DNA of 64,000 nt from Candidatus Eiseniibacteriota bacterium (GTDB lineage: Bacteria; Eisenbacteria; RBG-16-71-46; JAFGJU01), in the NCBI GenBank assembly GCA_020349905.1, contig CP070702.1, positions 2,423,176-2,487,175 of the forward strand, written 5' to 3'. Of the stretch, positions 50,637 to 60,790 are shown piece after piece. The translations under genes and the position numbers were made by a program. Positions within the stretch are counted from its first letter, which is position 1. Every line of letters starts with the position of its first letter. Under the pieces are notes generated by a model. It was not told where the DNA came from, did no database searches, and saw only the letters and a list, made by a program, of their open reading frames with translations.

Positions 50637-52076
50637 ATGCTTGAAAAAAGGGTGAGAGAACTCATCAGGACTCAGGGGCTCCTCGAACCGGGTGACTCGG
50701 TGCTCGCAGGCGTCTCGGGCGGTGCGGATTCGATGGCCCTGCTTCACGTGCTTCATGGATTCAGCAGCGAAATGGGATTCACCCTTGCTGTGGCGCATCT
50801 GAACCACGGACTCAGAGAGGGCTCTGGCGAGGAAGACGCTCTGTACGTGAGGAGAGCGTGCGAGGAGCTGGGCCTTGCGTGCCGCCAGGAGAAGGTCGAC
50901 GTACGAGCTTCTGCGTCCGCTTCACGACGCTCCTTGGAGGAAGCTGGACGCGAGTTGAGACTGCAGTTTCTTCGGAGGGTGGCCGAAGAGGGCGTCCACA
51001 ACAAGATTGCGCTGGGACACACGATGGACGATCAGGCCGAGACCGTGCTTATGAGGCTGATAAGGGGGGCCGGGGTCCTGGGAGCATCGGCCATGAACCC
51101 GGCGTCGGGCGGACTCCTTATCCGCCCCCTTCTCACCACCAGCCGCTCCGAGGTTCTGGAGTTCCTCGGTTCGAGGAACATCGCCTACAGAGAGGACCCT
51201 TCGAACCTGGACACGCGCTTCTTGCGCAACAGGATTCGACACGAGCTCATGGCGACTCTCAGGGAGGAGTACAATCCGCGCATCACCGAGGTGCTCTGCT
51301 CCCACGCCTCCTTGCTGGGCCAGGTGGAGGACTATCTGCGCCTGGAGGGCCGGAAGGCCTACGAGTCGTGCCTCATCAGGGAAGCCCAAGAAGACATTGA
51401 GCTTGAACTGGCGGCGTTACTGTCATATCATACATGTGTCCGGGGCTACATCTTGAGGGAGGCGTACCTCAGACTCCACGGAAGCCTCAGAGACCTTGAT
51501 TTCTCTCACGTTGCCTCCCTGCTCAGGCTGGCTTCTTCAGGGCAATCAGGTGACTCTGTGGACTTGCCGTCCGGCGTAAGTGCATGGCTGGAGGGCAAGA
51601 GTGTTCTGCTCGGGCTCAGGTCCCGGCGCCGGGCGCAGAACGCGACCCCGAAATTTGTTGTACGACTTGAGCCTGGGACCGCGGCCGTGGTGCCGGAGAT
51701 TTCCCTGAGCATAGAGAGCAAACTGCTCAGGAAAGAGGAGCTGGGTGACGATTTTGCTGAGGGGGGACCCCTGCGCGCCGTGTTCGACTTCGAGGGGCTG
51801 GAACCGCCTCTCGAGGTGCGGAATCTCAGTCCCGGGGACAGAATAGCGCCGTTCGGGATGGAGGGCACCAAGAAGGTCCAGGACCTTCTCGTAGACATGA
51901 AGGTGCCTCGCTCCCGGAGGGGAACCCTGGCGGCTCTCTGGGATCGCAACCAGATCCTCTGGGTCGTGGGGACGAGGAGGGCACGGGCGGCCCCCGTAAC
52001 GGACAGGACCCGAACCGTTCTCGAACTGAGGGCCGTGAGCGGACGAAGGGGCTCCGAACACGAAGGAAACGAGTGA
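50637..52076 (+). CDS. tilS: tRNA(Ile)-lysidine synthase
   Basis: PP-loop VLAGVSGGADSMAL and a C-terminal TilS substrate-binding domain. Start placed at MLEKRVRELI. Confidence 0.88.
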   Translation: MLEKRVRELIRTQGLLEPGDSVLAGVSGGADSMALLHVLHGFSSEMGFTLAVAHLNHGLREGSGEEDALYVRRACEELGLACRQEKVDVRASASASRRSLEEAGRELRLQFLRRVAEEGVHNKIALGHTMDDQAETVLMRLIRGAGVLGASAMNPASGGLLIRPLLTTSRSEVLEFLGSRNIAYREDPSNLDTRFLRNRIRHELMATLREEYNPRITEVLCSHASLLGQVEDYLRLEGRKAYESCLIREAQEDIELELAALLSYHTCVRGYILREAYLRLHGSLRDLDFSHVASLLRLASSGQSGDSVDLPSGVSAWLEGKSVLLGLRSRRRAQNATPKFVVRLEPGTAAVVPEISLSIESKLLRKEELGDDFAEGGPLRAVFDFEGLEPPLEVRNLSPGDRIAPFGMEGTKKVQDLLVDMKVPRSRRGTLAALWDRNQILWVVGTRRARAAPVTDRTRTVLELRAVSGRRGSEHEGNE

Positions 52077-52139
52077 GCCGGCGTTGCGATGAGACCGGCT
52101 GTGCGGAACCAGTTGCTGAGAGCATGGAGTGAGTTAAGG

Positions 52140-54218
52140 ATGGGCACACTTAAGAGGACGCCTCCCGAACAGGAGGAAAGAGGGAAGAGGCGCTCCTTTC
52201 GCGGGCAATCTCCTCCGCCCGGGGGCAGACCCGGCGGTCCCCGGAAGGGCCTGCCCATGGCGCCGCTCAGACCCTTCAGGACCGTTGCGTTCTGGATAAT
52301 GCTGGTCCTTCTGACGGTCCTGCTCTTCGAGTTCTACTCGACTGCGAGGCCGAAAGAGGTCGAGATCTCCTATTCCAGGTTCTTCAAGGAAATCAACGCC
52401 GCCAACATCGGCTCCGTGACCATCTCCGGGCGGGAGGTGAAGGGCGATCTGAAGGCGGAGGCCACGGATGAGTCCAAGGGCAAGAAGGTAACGTTCAAGA
52501 ATTTTAAGCTGTGGCTCCCGGCCGAGGACGCGGAGCTGTCGGAGAAGATATGGAAGAAGAACCCCGACGCAGAGATCACTTCGGAGCCCGAGGGCATGAA
52601 CTGGGTCGGAATGCTGATCGCGTGGCTTCCCATAGTGCTCATAGTGGCTTTCTGGCTCTTCATCATCCGTCAGATGCAGGCGGGGGGGAGCGCCGCCCTT
52701 AAGTTCGGACGAAGCAAGGCGAAAGTCATCCTGGAGGACAGGCCCAAGGTCACCTTCAGAGACGTGGCCGGAGCAGACGAGGCCAAGCAGGAGCTCGAGG
52801 AGATAATTGAGTTTCTGAAGGACCCGAAGAAGTTCCAGCGTCTCGGAGGCAAGATCCCTAAGGGAGCTCTTCTCCTGGGCCCCCCGGGGACCGGAAAGAC
52901 ACTTTTGGCCAGAGCGGTCGCAGGTGAAGCCGGCGTTCCGTTCTACAGCATGAGCGGTTCTGATTTCGTGGAGATGTTCGTGGGAGTGGGAGCGTCCCGG
53001 GTCCGAGACCTCTTCGACCAGGGAAAGAAGAACGCGCCCTGCATAATCTTCATCGACGAGATGGACGCCGTCGGAAGGCAGCGAGGTGCCGGACTGGGCG
53101 GAGGGCACGACGAGAGGGAACAGACGTTGAATCAACTTCTGGTGGAGATGGACGGTTTCGACGCCAACGAGGGCGTGATACTCCTCGCCGCCACCAACAG
53201 GCCCGACGTGCTGGACCCCGCGCTTCTGAGACCCGGCCGTTTCGACAGGCAGATAGTCGTTGACCGGCCCGACGTGCGCGGCCGCGAAGGAATCCTGGGA
53301 GTCCACACGAGGTGCATACCTCTTGCCGACGATGTTGACCTCAAGGTGCTGGCCAGGGCGACACCCGGGCTGGCCGGCGCGGATCTTGCCAACCTCGTGA
53401 ACGAGGCCGCCCTCCTTGCGGCCAGAAGAAACAGGAAGAAAGTCGTGATGGAGGACTTCGAGGAAGCTAAAGACAAGGTGATGATGGGAACCGAGAGGAG
53501 AAGTCTCATCATAAACGAAGAAGAGAAACGGACCACCTCCTACCACGAGGCGGGGCACGCCCTCGTCGCGTGGCTGCAGCCCGGTTCGGACCCGATCCAC
53601 AAGGTAACCATCATCCCCAGGGGCAGAGCTCTGGGGCTCACGCACCTGCTTCCCATAGACGAAAGGTACACTAGAACGCGAGACTATCTCATGATGACGC
53701 TCACGACCCTCATGGGTGGCCGGGCCGCGGAGGAGCTCGTCCTGGATCAGATGACGAACGGCGCGGCAAACGACATAAACACCGTAACGGAGATAGCACG
53801 TAAGATGGTGTGTGAATGGGGAATGAGCGAGAAGCTGGGACCGATAAGCTTCGGGAAGAAGGAAGAGCTCGTGTTTCTGGGGCGAGAAATCGCACAACAC
53901 AAGGATTACAGCGAGAAGACGGCAGTCGCCATAGACGCGGAGATAAAGGCCATAGTCGAGGGCGCCCAGGACGGGGCGAGGAAACTCCTGCAGGAGAACG
54001 TGGACAAGTTGCACGAGCTGGCCAACACGTTGCTCGAGAGAGAGATTCTGGACGGCGACGAAATAGACCGGGTGCTGAAGGGAGAGAAGCTCGAGCCGCT
54101 CACCAGGGCCAAGGCCAAGGATGAGAAGGTCGAGCCAGAAAAGAAGAACGACACTCCGAGAGAAAGGATCGGTACCAGTGAGGGAGGTGCCCAAGACCAA
54201 GAAGCAGCAAGCAACTGA
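52140..54218 (+). CDS. ftsH: ATP-dependent zinc metalloprotease FtsH
   Basis: Walker [22 protein letters not shown], and zinc site HEAGHAL. The start is uncertain: ATG 52140 gives a basic N-tail, and ATG 52257 lies just before TM1. Confidence 0.93.
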   Translation: MGTLKRTPPEQEERGKRRSFRGQSPPPGGRPGGPRKGLPMAPLRPFRTVAFWIMLVLLTVLLFEFYSTARPKEVEISYSRFFKEINAANIGSVTISGREVKGDLKAEATDESKGKKVTFKNFKLWLPAEDAELSEKIWKKNPDAEITSEPEGMNWVGMLIAWLPIVLIVAFWLFIIRQMQAGGSAALKFGRSKAKVILEDRPKVTFRDVAGADEAKQELEEIIEFLKDPKKFQRLGGKIPKGALLLGPPGTGKTLLARAVAGEAGVPFYSMSGSDFVEMFVGVGASRVRDLFDQGKKNAPCIIFIDEMDAVGRQRGAGLGGGHDEREQTLNQLLVEMDGFDANEGVILLAATNRPDVLDPALLRPGRFDRQIVVDRPDVRGREGILGVHTRCIPLADDVDLKVLARATPGLAGADLANLVNEAALLAARRNRKKVVMEDFEEAKDKVMMGTERRSLIINEEEKRTTSYHEAGHALVAWLQPGSDPIHKVTIIPRGRALGLTHLLPIDERYTRTRDYLMMTLTTLMGGRAAEELVLDQMTNGAANDINTVTEIARKMVCEWGMSEKLGPISFGKKEELVFLGREIAQHKDYSEKTAVAIDAEIKAIVEGAQDGARKLLQENVDKLHELANTLLEREILDGDEIDRVLKGEKLEPLTRAKAKDEKVEPEKKNDTPRERIGTSEGGAQDQEAASN

Positions 54219-54819
54219 CCCGGCAAAGATAGAGACTGCGGTGCGCACCATACTGGAGGCGATAGGCGAAGACCCTGAGAGAGAGGGAGTGAAGAACACG
54301 CCTCGCCGGGTCGCTGAGCTTTACCGAAGGATCTTTGGCGGCATCGGGAAGGATCCCGCAAAGGATTTGAAGCTCTACACGGTAGAAAACCAGGACGGCT
54401 TGATCCTGGTCAAAGATATTCTCTTCCACTCGATGTGTGAACATCACCTGCTCCCCTTTTTCGGAAGGGTCCAGCTCGCCTACCTGCCTGATGAGAACCG
54501 CATCACTGGATTGAGCAGTCTCACGAAGGTTGTCGAGACTCTGTCTCGGAAGCCACAGCTCCAGGAACGCCTCACCAACGAAATCGCCGACGTGCTCACC
54601 AAAGCCCTCAGGCCCAGGGGTCTCCTCGTGGCCGTCGAGGCCGAGCACCTGTGCATGGCAATGAACGAAACGAATAGGTCTGGCACAAAGACCGTTTCTT
54701 ATGCTATGAGAGGGGTGATGGCCGAGGAACCGGTGAAGGCAGAGGTTATGTCCTTGCTCGGCGACCCGGACCCTCAGGCCCGGTCGAACACGGTCGCTCG
54801 CGACCCCGACCACCTCTGA
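54178..54819 (+). CDS. folE: GTP cyclohydrolase I
   Basis: [17 protein letters not shown] and CEHHLLPF. Probable GTG start overlapping the ftsH 3' end. The start is uncertain within about 20 codons. Confidence 0.88.
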   Translation: MREVPKTKKQQATDPAKIETAVRTILEAIGEDPEREGVKNTPRRVAELYRRIFGGIGKDPAKDLKLYTVENQDGLILVKDILFHSMCEHHLLPFFGRVQLAYLPDENRITGLSSLTKVVETLSRKPQLQERLTNEIADVLTKALRPRGLLVAVEAEHLCMAMNETNRSGTKTVSYAMRGVMAEEPVKAEVMSLLGDPDPQARSNTVARDPDHL

Positions 54820-54853
54820 CACGACGACGCACTTTGGCCCCGGGGCTTCGGCC

Positions 54854-55750
54854 ATGCAGAGAGACAGCCAGACGAAGGGCAGGCTGCACCTGGCAGACTC
54901 GCGCGCGGGACGCGACCACCTGTTTCGCTTCAGGGGAGGCGAGCTGGACCTATCCGGCAGGACCCACGTGGCCGGCGTTCTTAACGTCACGCCCGATTCG
55001 TTTTCGGACGGCGGGAAGTTCTTTGAACGAGACGCCGCCCTCGCGCACGCCGAGCGGATGATTGAGGAGGGTGCCGACATCCTGGACGTGGGCGGGGAAA
55101 GCACCCGGCCTTACTCCCAACCGGTCGATGCGTCCGAGGAAGCGGCCAGGGTAGTACCCGTAATATCTCTGTTGTCAAAACGCTCCGATGTGATTATATC
55201 AGTTGATACGTCCAAGGCCGCTGTCGCCCGGGCAGCCCTTGACGCAGGTGCGCACATCATAAATGATGTGAGCGCGCTGCGCTTCGACCCTGAACTGGCG
55301 GGCATCGCCGCAGAATATGGGGCCGGCCTCGTACTGATGCACATGAAGGGGACTCCCCGCACGATGCAGGAGAGTCCAGAATACGGCGACGTCGTCTACG
55401 AGATAACGCGCTTTCTGGATGACGCCATCCAGAGGGCCCGCAAAGACGGTGTGGACTTCGAGTCCATCATCATCGACCCGGGCATCGGCTTTGGAAAGAA
55501 ACTGGAGCACAACCTGACGATTCTCAAGAGACTATCTGAGTTCAGGGCCTTGAAGCGCCCCATCATGGTGGGGCCGTCCCGAAAATCCTTCATCGGGACG
55601 CTCCTGGACAGGCCGGTGCACGAAAGAACGTCCGGCACTCTTGCGGCCGTCGTGGCTTCTGTTATGTCCGGGGCGGCCGTGGTAAGAGTCCACGACGTTA
55701 GGCAGGCAAAGGAAGCTGTCGTAATTGCTGACGCCATTCTGAGCAACTAG
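54854..55750 (+). CDS. folP: Dihydropteroate synthase
   Basis: GVLNVTPDSFSDGG, DVGGESTRP, DPGIGFGK. Confidence 0.9.
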   Translation: MQRDSQTKGRLHLADSRAGRDHLFRFRGGELDLSGRTHVAGVLNVTPDSFSDGGKFFERDAALAHAERMIEEGADILDVGGESTRPYSQPVDASEEAARVVPVISLLSKRSDVIISVDTSKAAVARAALDAGAHIINDVSALRFDPELAGIAAEYGAGLVLMHMKGTPRTMQESPEYGDVVYEITRFLDDAIQRARKDGVDFESIIIDPGIGFGKKLEHNLTILKRLSEFRALKRPIMVGPSRKSFIGTLLDRPVHERTSGTLAAVVASVMSGAAVVRVHDVRQAKEAVVIADAILSN

Positions 55751-55764
55751 GAGGCCTCCGGAGA

Positions 55765-56583
55765 ATGACCGGGTTGACAGCCGCTATGGGGCTCCTGAGC
55801 GAGCGATGGTACCTGGACCTGATAGATGTCGGCATCGTCGCCTTTCTCTTCTACAAGCTCTTCATGTTTGTCAGGGGAACAAGAGCCGCCCAGATGTTCG
55901 CCGGCCTTCTGCTTCTGGTAGTTGCCTCCCTGATAGCCCAGTGGTTCCAGCTCCACGCTCTCAACTGGATAATGGCCAGCTTGAAGACGGTCTGGGTGGT
56001 GGCGTTCGTAATAATATTCCAGCCAGAGCTCAGAAGAGCGCTCGCTCTCATCGGCCAGAACAGGGTGTTCGGCCCCTTCATAAGGGTCGAAGACTTCGGC
56101 GTTCTGGGTGAGATTCTCAAGGCCGTCGAGATGATGTCGGAGCAGAAGATGGGCTCGCTCATAGCCATCGAGAGAGACGCGAACCTGCGTCACTACGAGG
56201 AAACGGGCACTCGCCTCAACGCCAGGATAACGTCTGAGCTCCTTGTCACGCTCTTCACGCCGTACTCTCCGTTGCACGACGGCGCCGTGATCGTGAGAGG
56301 GGACGAGGCCGTGGCCGCCGGGTGCATCCTGCCGCTCAGCCAGAATCCCAATCTTCCCCAGGACCTGGGAACGAGACACCTGGCCGCCGTGGGACTGAGC
56401 GAGGAGACCGACGCGGTCATCATCGTGGTCTCGGAGGAGACGGGAGCGATCTCGATAGCTTCCTACGGCAAGCTGAAGAGGAGGCTGGACAAGGGTACGT
56501 TGAGGAGCGAGCTCAGCACGTTGCTCGTGAGAAAGCCGGCGGAACAGGCCAAGTCGGGTGCGGTGCTTGCCTCTCGCGGCTAG
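55765..56583 (+). CDS. cdaA: Diadenylate cyclase (membrane-anchored CdaA type)
   Basis: Three N-terminal TM segments followed by the DAC domain motifs HDGAVIV, GTRHLAAVGLSEETDAVIIVVSEETG. Confidence 0.88.
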   Translation: MTGLTAAMGLLSERWYLDLIDVGIVAFLFYKLFMFVRGTRAAQMFAGLLLLVVASLIAQWFQLHALNWIMASLKTVWVVAFVIIFQPELRRALALIGQNRVFGPFIRVEDFGVLGEILKAVEMMSEQKMGSLIAIERDANLRHYEETGTRLNARITSELLVTLFTPYSPLHDGAVIVRGDEAVAAGCILPLSQNPNLPQDLGTRHLAAVGLSEETDAVIIVVSEETGAISIASYGKLKRRLDKGTLRSELSTLLVRKPAEQAKSGAVLASRG

Positions 56584-56624
56584 AAGCGGAGTCCAGCGCC
56601 GACCCTGAAGCTCCTCGCAGTGTT

Positions 56625-56659
56625 TTGTCGTCGTCTCTGAGCTTGTCGTCGTCTCTGAG
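56625..56659. repeat. Direct repeat, 2 x 17 nt (TTGTCGTCGTCTCTGAG) separated by 1 nt
   Basis: Read directly at 56625-56641 and 56643-56659. Followed by ACCCGCGG-CCCGC-ACCCGCGG at 56664-56684. Lies in the convergent spacer between cdaA and the DUF885 gene. Confidence 0.85.
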
Positions 56660-56730
56660 TTGTACCCGCGGCCCGCACCCGCGGCATCGACCCACCCCGG
56701 TGAGGACCCCGCCCCCGCCGGTCCCACCAG

Positions 56731-58365
56731 TTACCCCGCCTTGAACTCCTCTTCGACCAGCTTGAACGGAATGGTGCCGAAACTCAGAAGTCTCTCGTGG
56801 AAACTGAAGAGGTCGAAGCGCGCACCCAGTCTCCGCTTTTCCTCGTCGCGAAGACCGAGCACCAGTTCCTTCCCGATGGCGTAGCTTGAAGGCTGAGAGG
56901 GCGTGTGGGTATACCGCCTGACCTCTGCAACGGCGTTGGCTCTTTCTATCAGCGCATGTGTCACCAGAAACTCCACGGCTTCATCGAAAATCATTGCTCT
57001 CGTGTGAAGACCGACGTCAACCACCACTCGCGAAGCTCTCCAGAGCACGTCCTTCAACTGGAAGAGCTCTATGTCTCCGCTGTCGTAGAAGCCCTCCTCT
57101 TTCATCAACTGCTCGCAGTAGAGGGCCCATCCCTCGGCGAAGACCGTGCTGTCGCACGTGTGGCGCAGCCGCGATTTCACCCTGTTCGAGTGAACGAGTT
57201 GCAGGTGATGTCCCGGGTACGCCTCGTGCAGTGCACACAGAACCATGCCCGGGTAACTGTGGCCCCTTAGCTGATCGCTCTGAACGTCCTCCGGCGCACT
57301 CGTGTCCACGGGGGTCACAAAGAAGAGCCCCTCCTGCTTGGTGTCGAACGGGCCCGGGTTGAGATACGCCGCGTACGGGATGATGGACCTGTAGAAGACC
57401 GGCGTGTCGAGGATTCTGAGCTCCTCCCCGGGCGGTATCGAGACCAGTCTCCTCTCTTGGACGAAGCTCTTGGCCTTGGCCATGTGCTCTTCGTATGCCT
57501 TTCGCAGACCGGAAGAGTCTGGATGGTATTCTTTGAGCCGTTCTATGACGTCTTTCCACCTCTCGTTCGGATACAGGCGGGCGCTCAGCTGCTCTATCTC
57601 GCCCTTCGTCGTCTCCAGCAGCTCGCGGCCCATCTTCTCCAGGGCCCTCGTGTCGATGTCCAGCATGTGCTCCACCTTGAGCTTGGTGTCGAAAACGTCT
57701 CGTCCCACCGCGAAATCTCCGCTGGAGCGCGGGAGTAGCTCGTTCTGCACGTATACCTCAAACTCTCTTATCGCCTTCTTGCACATGCTGGATCCGCTCT
57801 CCAGCTCGGTACCGGCGTCCGGCACCTTCGCAGCAAAGTACTCGACCGTCTCGTCCACGAACTCGGCGGCCCCCTTGAGCATTCCGAGGGCCGTCGAGGT
57901 GAACACGGCCGGGGGATTTTCCAGGTTCTCCCTCGCCTCGGAGAGCACCCGGCGAAACTCCTTCAGCCTGGACGCAAAGTAGCGGGCTCTCGTCTCGATG
58001 GGAAGCACGTCCCTCGAGGCCAGGAGAAACAGGCCGTACAGGCTGATATCCATGTACATGGTGGGGTCGGCGTAGGGCTTCATCAGCTTCTCGATCTCGA
58101 GCACCTGTATCGCAGAGTTGCTGGCCACCAGCCTGGCATCTATGGATGCAGAGACAGAAAGTCCACCCTCTGAAAGGCACTCCTCTGCCCTCTTCTCGAA
58201 TTGCCGGAGCTTTCGCAGGCGCGCATCTATGGTCGAGCGCGAGTACGAGCTCAACCTCGCGTCGTGGGTGTGTATTCCGATCGCCGTGGCCAGTTCTGGG
58301 TAGGTCTCTGTGAAGAAGTCGAAGTATTCGTCACAAAGCGCCGTGACTTTCTGGTCTCGCTCCAC
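56731..58365 (-). CDS. DUF885-family protein (putative metallopeptidase fold)
   Basis: LHEAYPGHHLQ motif and 544 aa length are typical of DUF885. Confidence 0.8.
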   Translation of the reverse strand: MERDQKVTALCDEYFDFFTETYPELATAIGIHTHDARLSSYSRSTIDARLRKLRQFEKRAEECLSEGGLSVSASIDARLVASNSAIQVLEIEKLMKPYADPTMYMDISLYGLFLLASRDVLPIETRARYFASRLKEFRRVLSEARENLENPPAVFTSTALGMLKGAAEFVDETVEYFAAKVPDAGTELESGSSMCKKAIREFEVYVQNELLPRSSGDFAVGRDVFDTKLKVEHMLDIDTRALEKMGRELLETTKGEIEQLSARLYPNERWKDVIERLKEYHPDSSGLRKAYEEHMAKAKSFVQERRLVSIPPGEELRILDTPVFYRSIIPYAAYLNPGPFDTKQEGLFFVTPVDTSAPEDVQSDQLRGHSYPGMVLCALHEAYPGHHLQLVHSNRVKSRLRHTCDSTVFAEGWALYCEQLMKEEGFYDSGDIELFQLKDVLWRASRVVVDVGLHTRAMIFDEAVEFLVTHALIERANAVAEVRRYTHTPSQPSSYAIGKELVLGLRDEEKRRLGARFDLFSFHERLLSFGTIPFKLVEEEFKAG

Positions 58366-58584
58366 GTGTTCCTCCCGCGCTACGTCTGAATGGTAAATCC
58401 TCAGGAATCCTAATCCACGATTTGACCACTGTCAAATAGATTACGGGCATGGACGGGAAAAGTGCCGGGGTGACACCGCGAGGGGCGACCCGCCTCTTAA
58501 GAGCGAGGCGAAGGAAAATGTGATCGGGCGATGGCAGACGTAACCGAAGGAGAGTGGGCGAGAACGAGCGATTACAGGCGACGC

Positions 58585-59244
58585 CTAGCGATAGAGCACC
58601 TTGATTGAACCCCAGCTCAAGTCGTCGGTCGAGACGGCGGGCATGCACGTGGGCACCTTGATGTCTCCCGCATCGTAGAGCCCGCTCTTGCCGTCCCCGC
58701 CTTTAATGAGCCACTTCCCCCACTCGGGCCCGGCCGAGCTTCGTAGTACTATCGTACAGTACGGGTCCAGAGGGTCATCCGGGTAGGAGATCTCATCGAC
58801 TTTGGGCCTCAGGAAACCGCCACCCGTTTCTGAGCATTCGTCAAACTTGAAGCCCCAGAAAAACCGGCAGGCGGGGTCGAGCACGGGTTCGGTCATCCCG
58901 TTTGTCCCGCCCATCTCGAGAACGGGACAGCCCCCTCCCGTGCAGGTCATGGATATTCCGAACTGACCGTTCAGAACTGACTTCTGAGCCCCCAGCTTGC
59001 AGGGAAACCAGAAGGCGATGTGGCTTACGTCCCTGTAGCACGTGAGGCCGTTGTCGATCCGGTAGAGCGTGTAATTATACGTGTAGATACCCGCCTCGTT
59101 GGGCCCTTCGACAACGGAAGTGACCTCGAAGTCGAATCCCACTACGTTCTGCGGGACCACCTCTTCCCAACACGGAGCCGCAAGCGAGCACGAGTGCAGC
59201 ACGCAGATACCGAGCAGAATCACCAGCGTCGTTTTCAAAACCAC
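58585..59244 (-). CDS. Secreted Cys-rich hypothetical protein
   Basis: GTG start at 59244 with GGAGGTG 6 nt upstream. Signal peptide VVLKTTLVILLGICVLHSCSLAA. About 11 Cys in the mature part. Ends ...STDDLSWGSIKVLYR. The listed ORF extends 79 codons further upstream without support. Confidence 0.6.
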   Translation of the reverse strand: MVLKTTLVILLGICVLHSCSLAAPCWEEVVPQNVVGFDFEVTSVVEGPNEAGIYTYNYTLYRIDNGLTCYRDVSHIAFWFPCKLGAQKSVLNGQFGISMTCTGGGCPVLEMGGTNGMTEPVLDPACRFFWGFKFDECSETGGGFLRPKVDEISYPDDPLDPYCTIVLRSSAGPEWGKWLIKGGDGKSGLYDAGDIKVPTCMPAVSTDDLSWGSIKVLYR

Positions 59245-59459
59245 TTGTGACACCTCCCGCCTTCTTGCCGCTAGCCCCTCTTGAACGTCTGAGGGTCGAT
59301 TCGACGCCGGAACAGGGCATACAAAAAGGCCGAAAACCGCTTCTCGGAAACCCAACTCGCCGCAAGGCAGATGCAGCAAAGCGCCGGCGGAGGAGAGATT
59401 TCCGAAGGTTCTCGACCGTCCTCTAAAGTGCCATCGCACACTAGGTTTTATGTATAACA

Positions 59460-59488
59460 AGTATATCGCATTCCGGGCCACAAATCAA
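59460..59488 (-). promoter_or_regulatory. Sigma-70-type promoter (TTGATT-17 nt-TATACT)
   Basis: The minus strand reads TTGATTtgtggcccggaatgcgaTATACT, preceded by a T-rich tract. Lies about 200 nt upstream of the 59244 start. Confidence 0.45.
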
Positions 59489-59656
59489 GAAAAAAGTGGG
59501 TGGAGCTGAAGCCGTTTCGTCTAATTTCTTTATTCCCAACGGTATGGCGGCACGCGGTGAAGGCTCATCCGAAACGAACGAAGCAAGAGAGCGACACATC
59601 TGTATGCGGTAGGGGAATATAGCGCAGGACCGCGAGAGCCCACGGTAACGCGACCC

Positions 59657-60790
59657 TCAAAAATGCTGAAAGCCCTTTTCCGGCAGACGACTCTTGCGCC
59701 CCTCGGCGTCTACCACGCACATGCCCTGAGCCGGTTCCACCACGTCTCCGATGACGGTCACTGTCGTGCCGCACCTCTCTGCCAAAGCTCGAGCGGTCTT
59801 TCTCACGCGCGACGGCGCCATCGCGAAGAGGAGCTCATACTCCTCGCCGCTCGAAACAGCCAGTTCGTACGGCGACACGCGCAGCTTCTTCGCAACGGAC
59901 CTGCAATGCCTGCAAATGGGGACGTCGTCTTCTCTGAGCAGCATTCCCACCCCGCTCGCCGCAGCGACGCGACCGAGGTCGATGAGCAGTCCGTCGCTGA
60001 TGTCTATCAACGCAGAGGGGCCGCAGAGGGAAAGCACCTCCGCCTCAGCGACCCTCGGACGTGGCATCAGGTGCTTGGAGACACATGCGTGGCCGTCTCT
60101 TCGCATCGAGGCCGGGAGCTTCTCTTTGAAAAAGCGCCTGTCTCTCTCAGACCACGACTTGAGCGCCAAACTCCTGGACCTTCTTCCCGCTTTGAAATGC
60201 TTTCTCAGCAGCATGAGGCCCGCGCACGAGGAGCCGAGTGAACCCGTGACGCAGACGGCGTGTCCGGGCCTCGCCCCAGAGCGAAGAAGCGGCGCTCTAC
60301 CGACCAGCTCGCCCACGGCCGAGACACACACGGTCACGGCCCTGGAGTGGACCGTGTCTCCGCCCAGAAGCTCTCCACCGAAGAGCGAAAGGGCACTGGA
60401 GATTCCAGAATAGATTCTGTCCACGGCCCTCACCGGGAGGGAGGAGGGAATTCCGAGCGAGACCACGATTCCGAGAGGCCTGGCACCCATGGCGGCAACA
60501 TCGCTGAGGTTCGCGGTGACGGCCTTGAAGCCGACCGCATAGGGGCTGGACCACCCAAGAACGAAGTGCGTGCCTTCGACTAGCATGTCCGTGGTCAGCA
60601 CGAGTCTCTTTCCCCGGACCAGCTCTATCACGGCTCCGTCGTCGCCGGGCCCGGTCACGACACCCTTGCCTCGCGCGCGCGCGAACCGGGACAGGATCCT
60701 CTCCACCAGCCGCGTTTCTCCCACCCGACTCACGGGAAGCCCTGGAAGCTCTTTCCCGCGCCCGCCACGTCTTGCCCTGGAACTCTTCAT
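59657..60790 (-). CDS. thiL: Thiamine-monophosphate kinase
   Basis: GPGDDGAVIEL and an AIR-synthase-like fold. Start placed at ATG 60790 (MKSSRARR...), which overlaps the upstream stop as ATGA. The listed 527-aa ORF is over-extended into the neighbouring gene. Confidence 0.88.
   Translation of the reverse strand: MKSSRARRGGRGKELPGLPVSRVGETRLVERILSRFARARGKGVVTGPGDDGAVIELVRGKRLVLTTDMLVEGTHFVLGWSSPYAVGFKAVTANLSDVAAMGARPLGIVVSLGIPSSLPVRAVDRIYSGISSALSLFGGELLGGDTVHSRAVTVCVSAVGELVGRAPLLRSGARPGHAVCVTGSLGSSCAGLMLLRKHFKAGRRSRSLALKSWSERDRRFFKEKLPASMRRDGHACVSKHLMPRPRVAEAEVLSLCGPSALIDISDGLLIDLGRVAAASGVGMLLREDDVPICRHCRSVAKKLRVSPYELAVSSGEEYELLFAMAPSRVRKTARALAERCGTTVTVIGDVVEPAQGMCVVDAEGRKSRLPEKGFQHF

Noticed and set aside
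52134-54299. 721-aa minus-strand ORF covering all of ftsH. Similar long antisense ORFs occur at 48001..49479 (guaB), 13840..15069 (selB), 15081..16316 (murA), 33661..34881 (atpD/atpG), 35030..36139 (atpA) and 55747..56727 (cdaA).
   Set aside because: Each lies exactly opposite a gene with unambiguous catalytic motifs. Their translations are Arg/Pro/Gly/His-rich without motifs. Stop-poor antisense frames are expected in GC-rich coding DNA.
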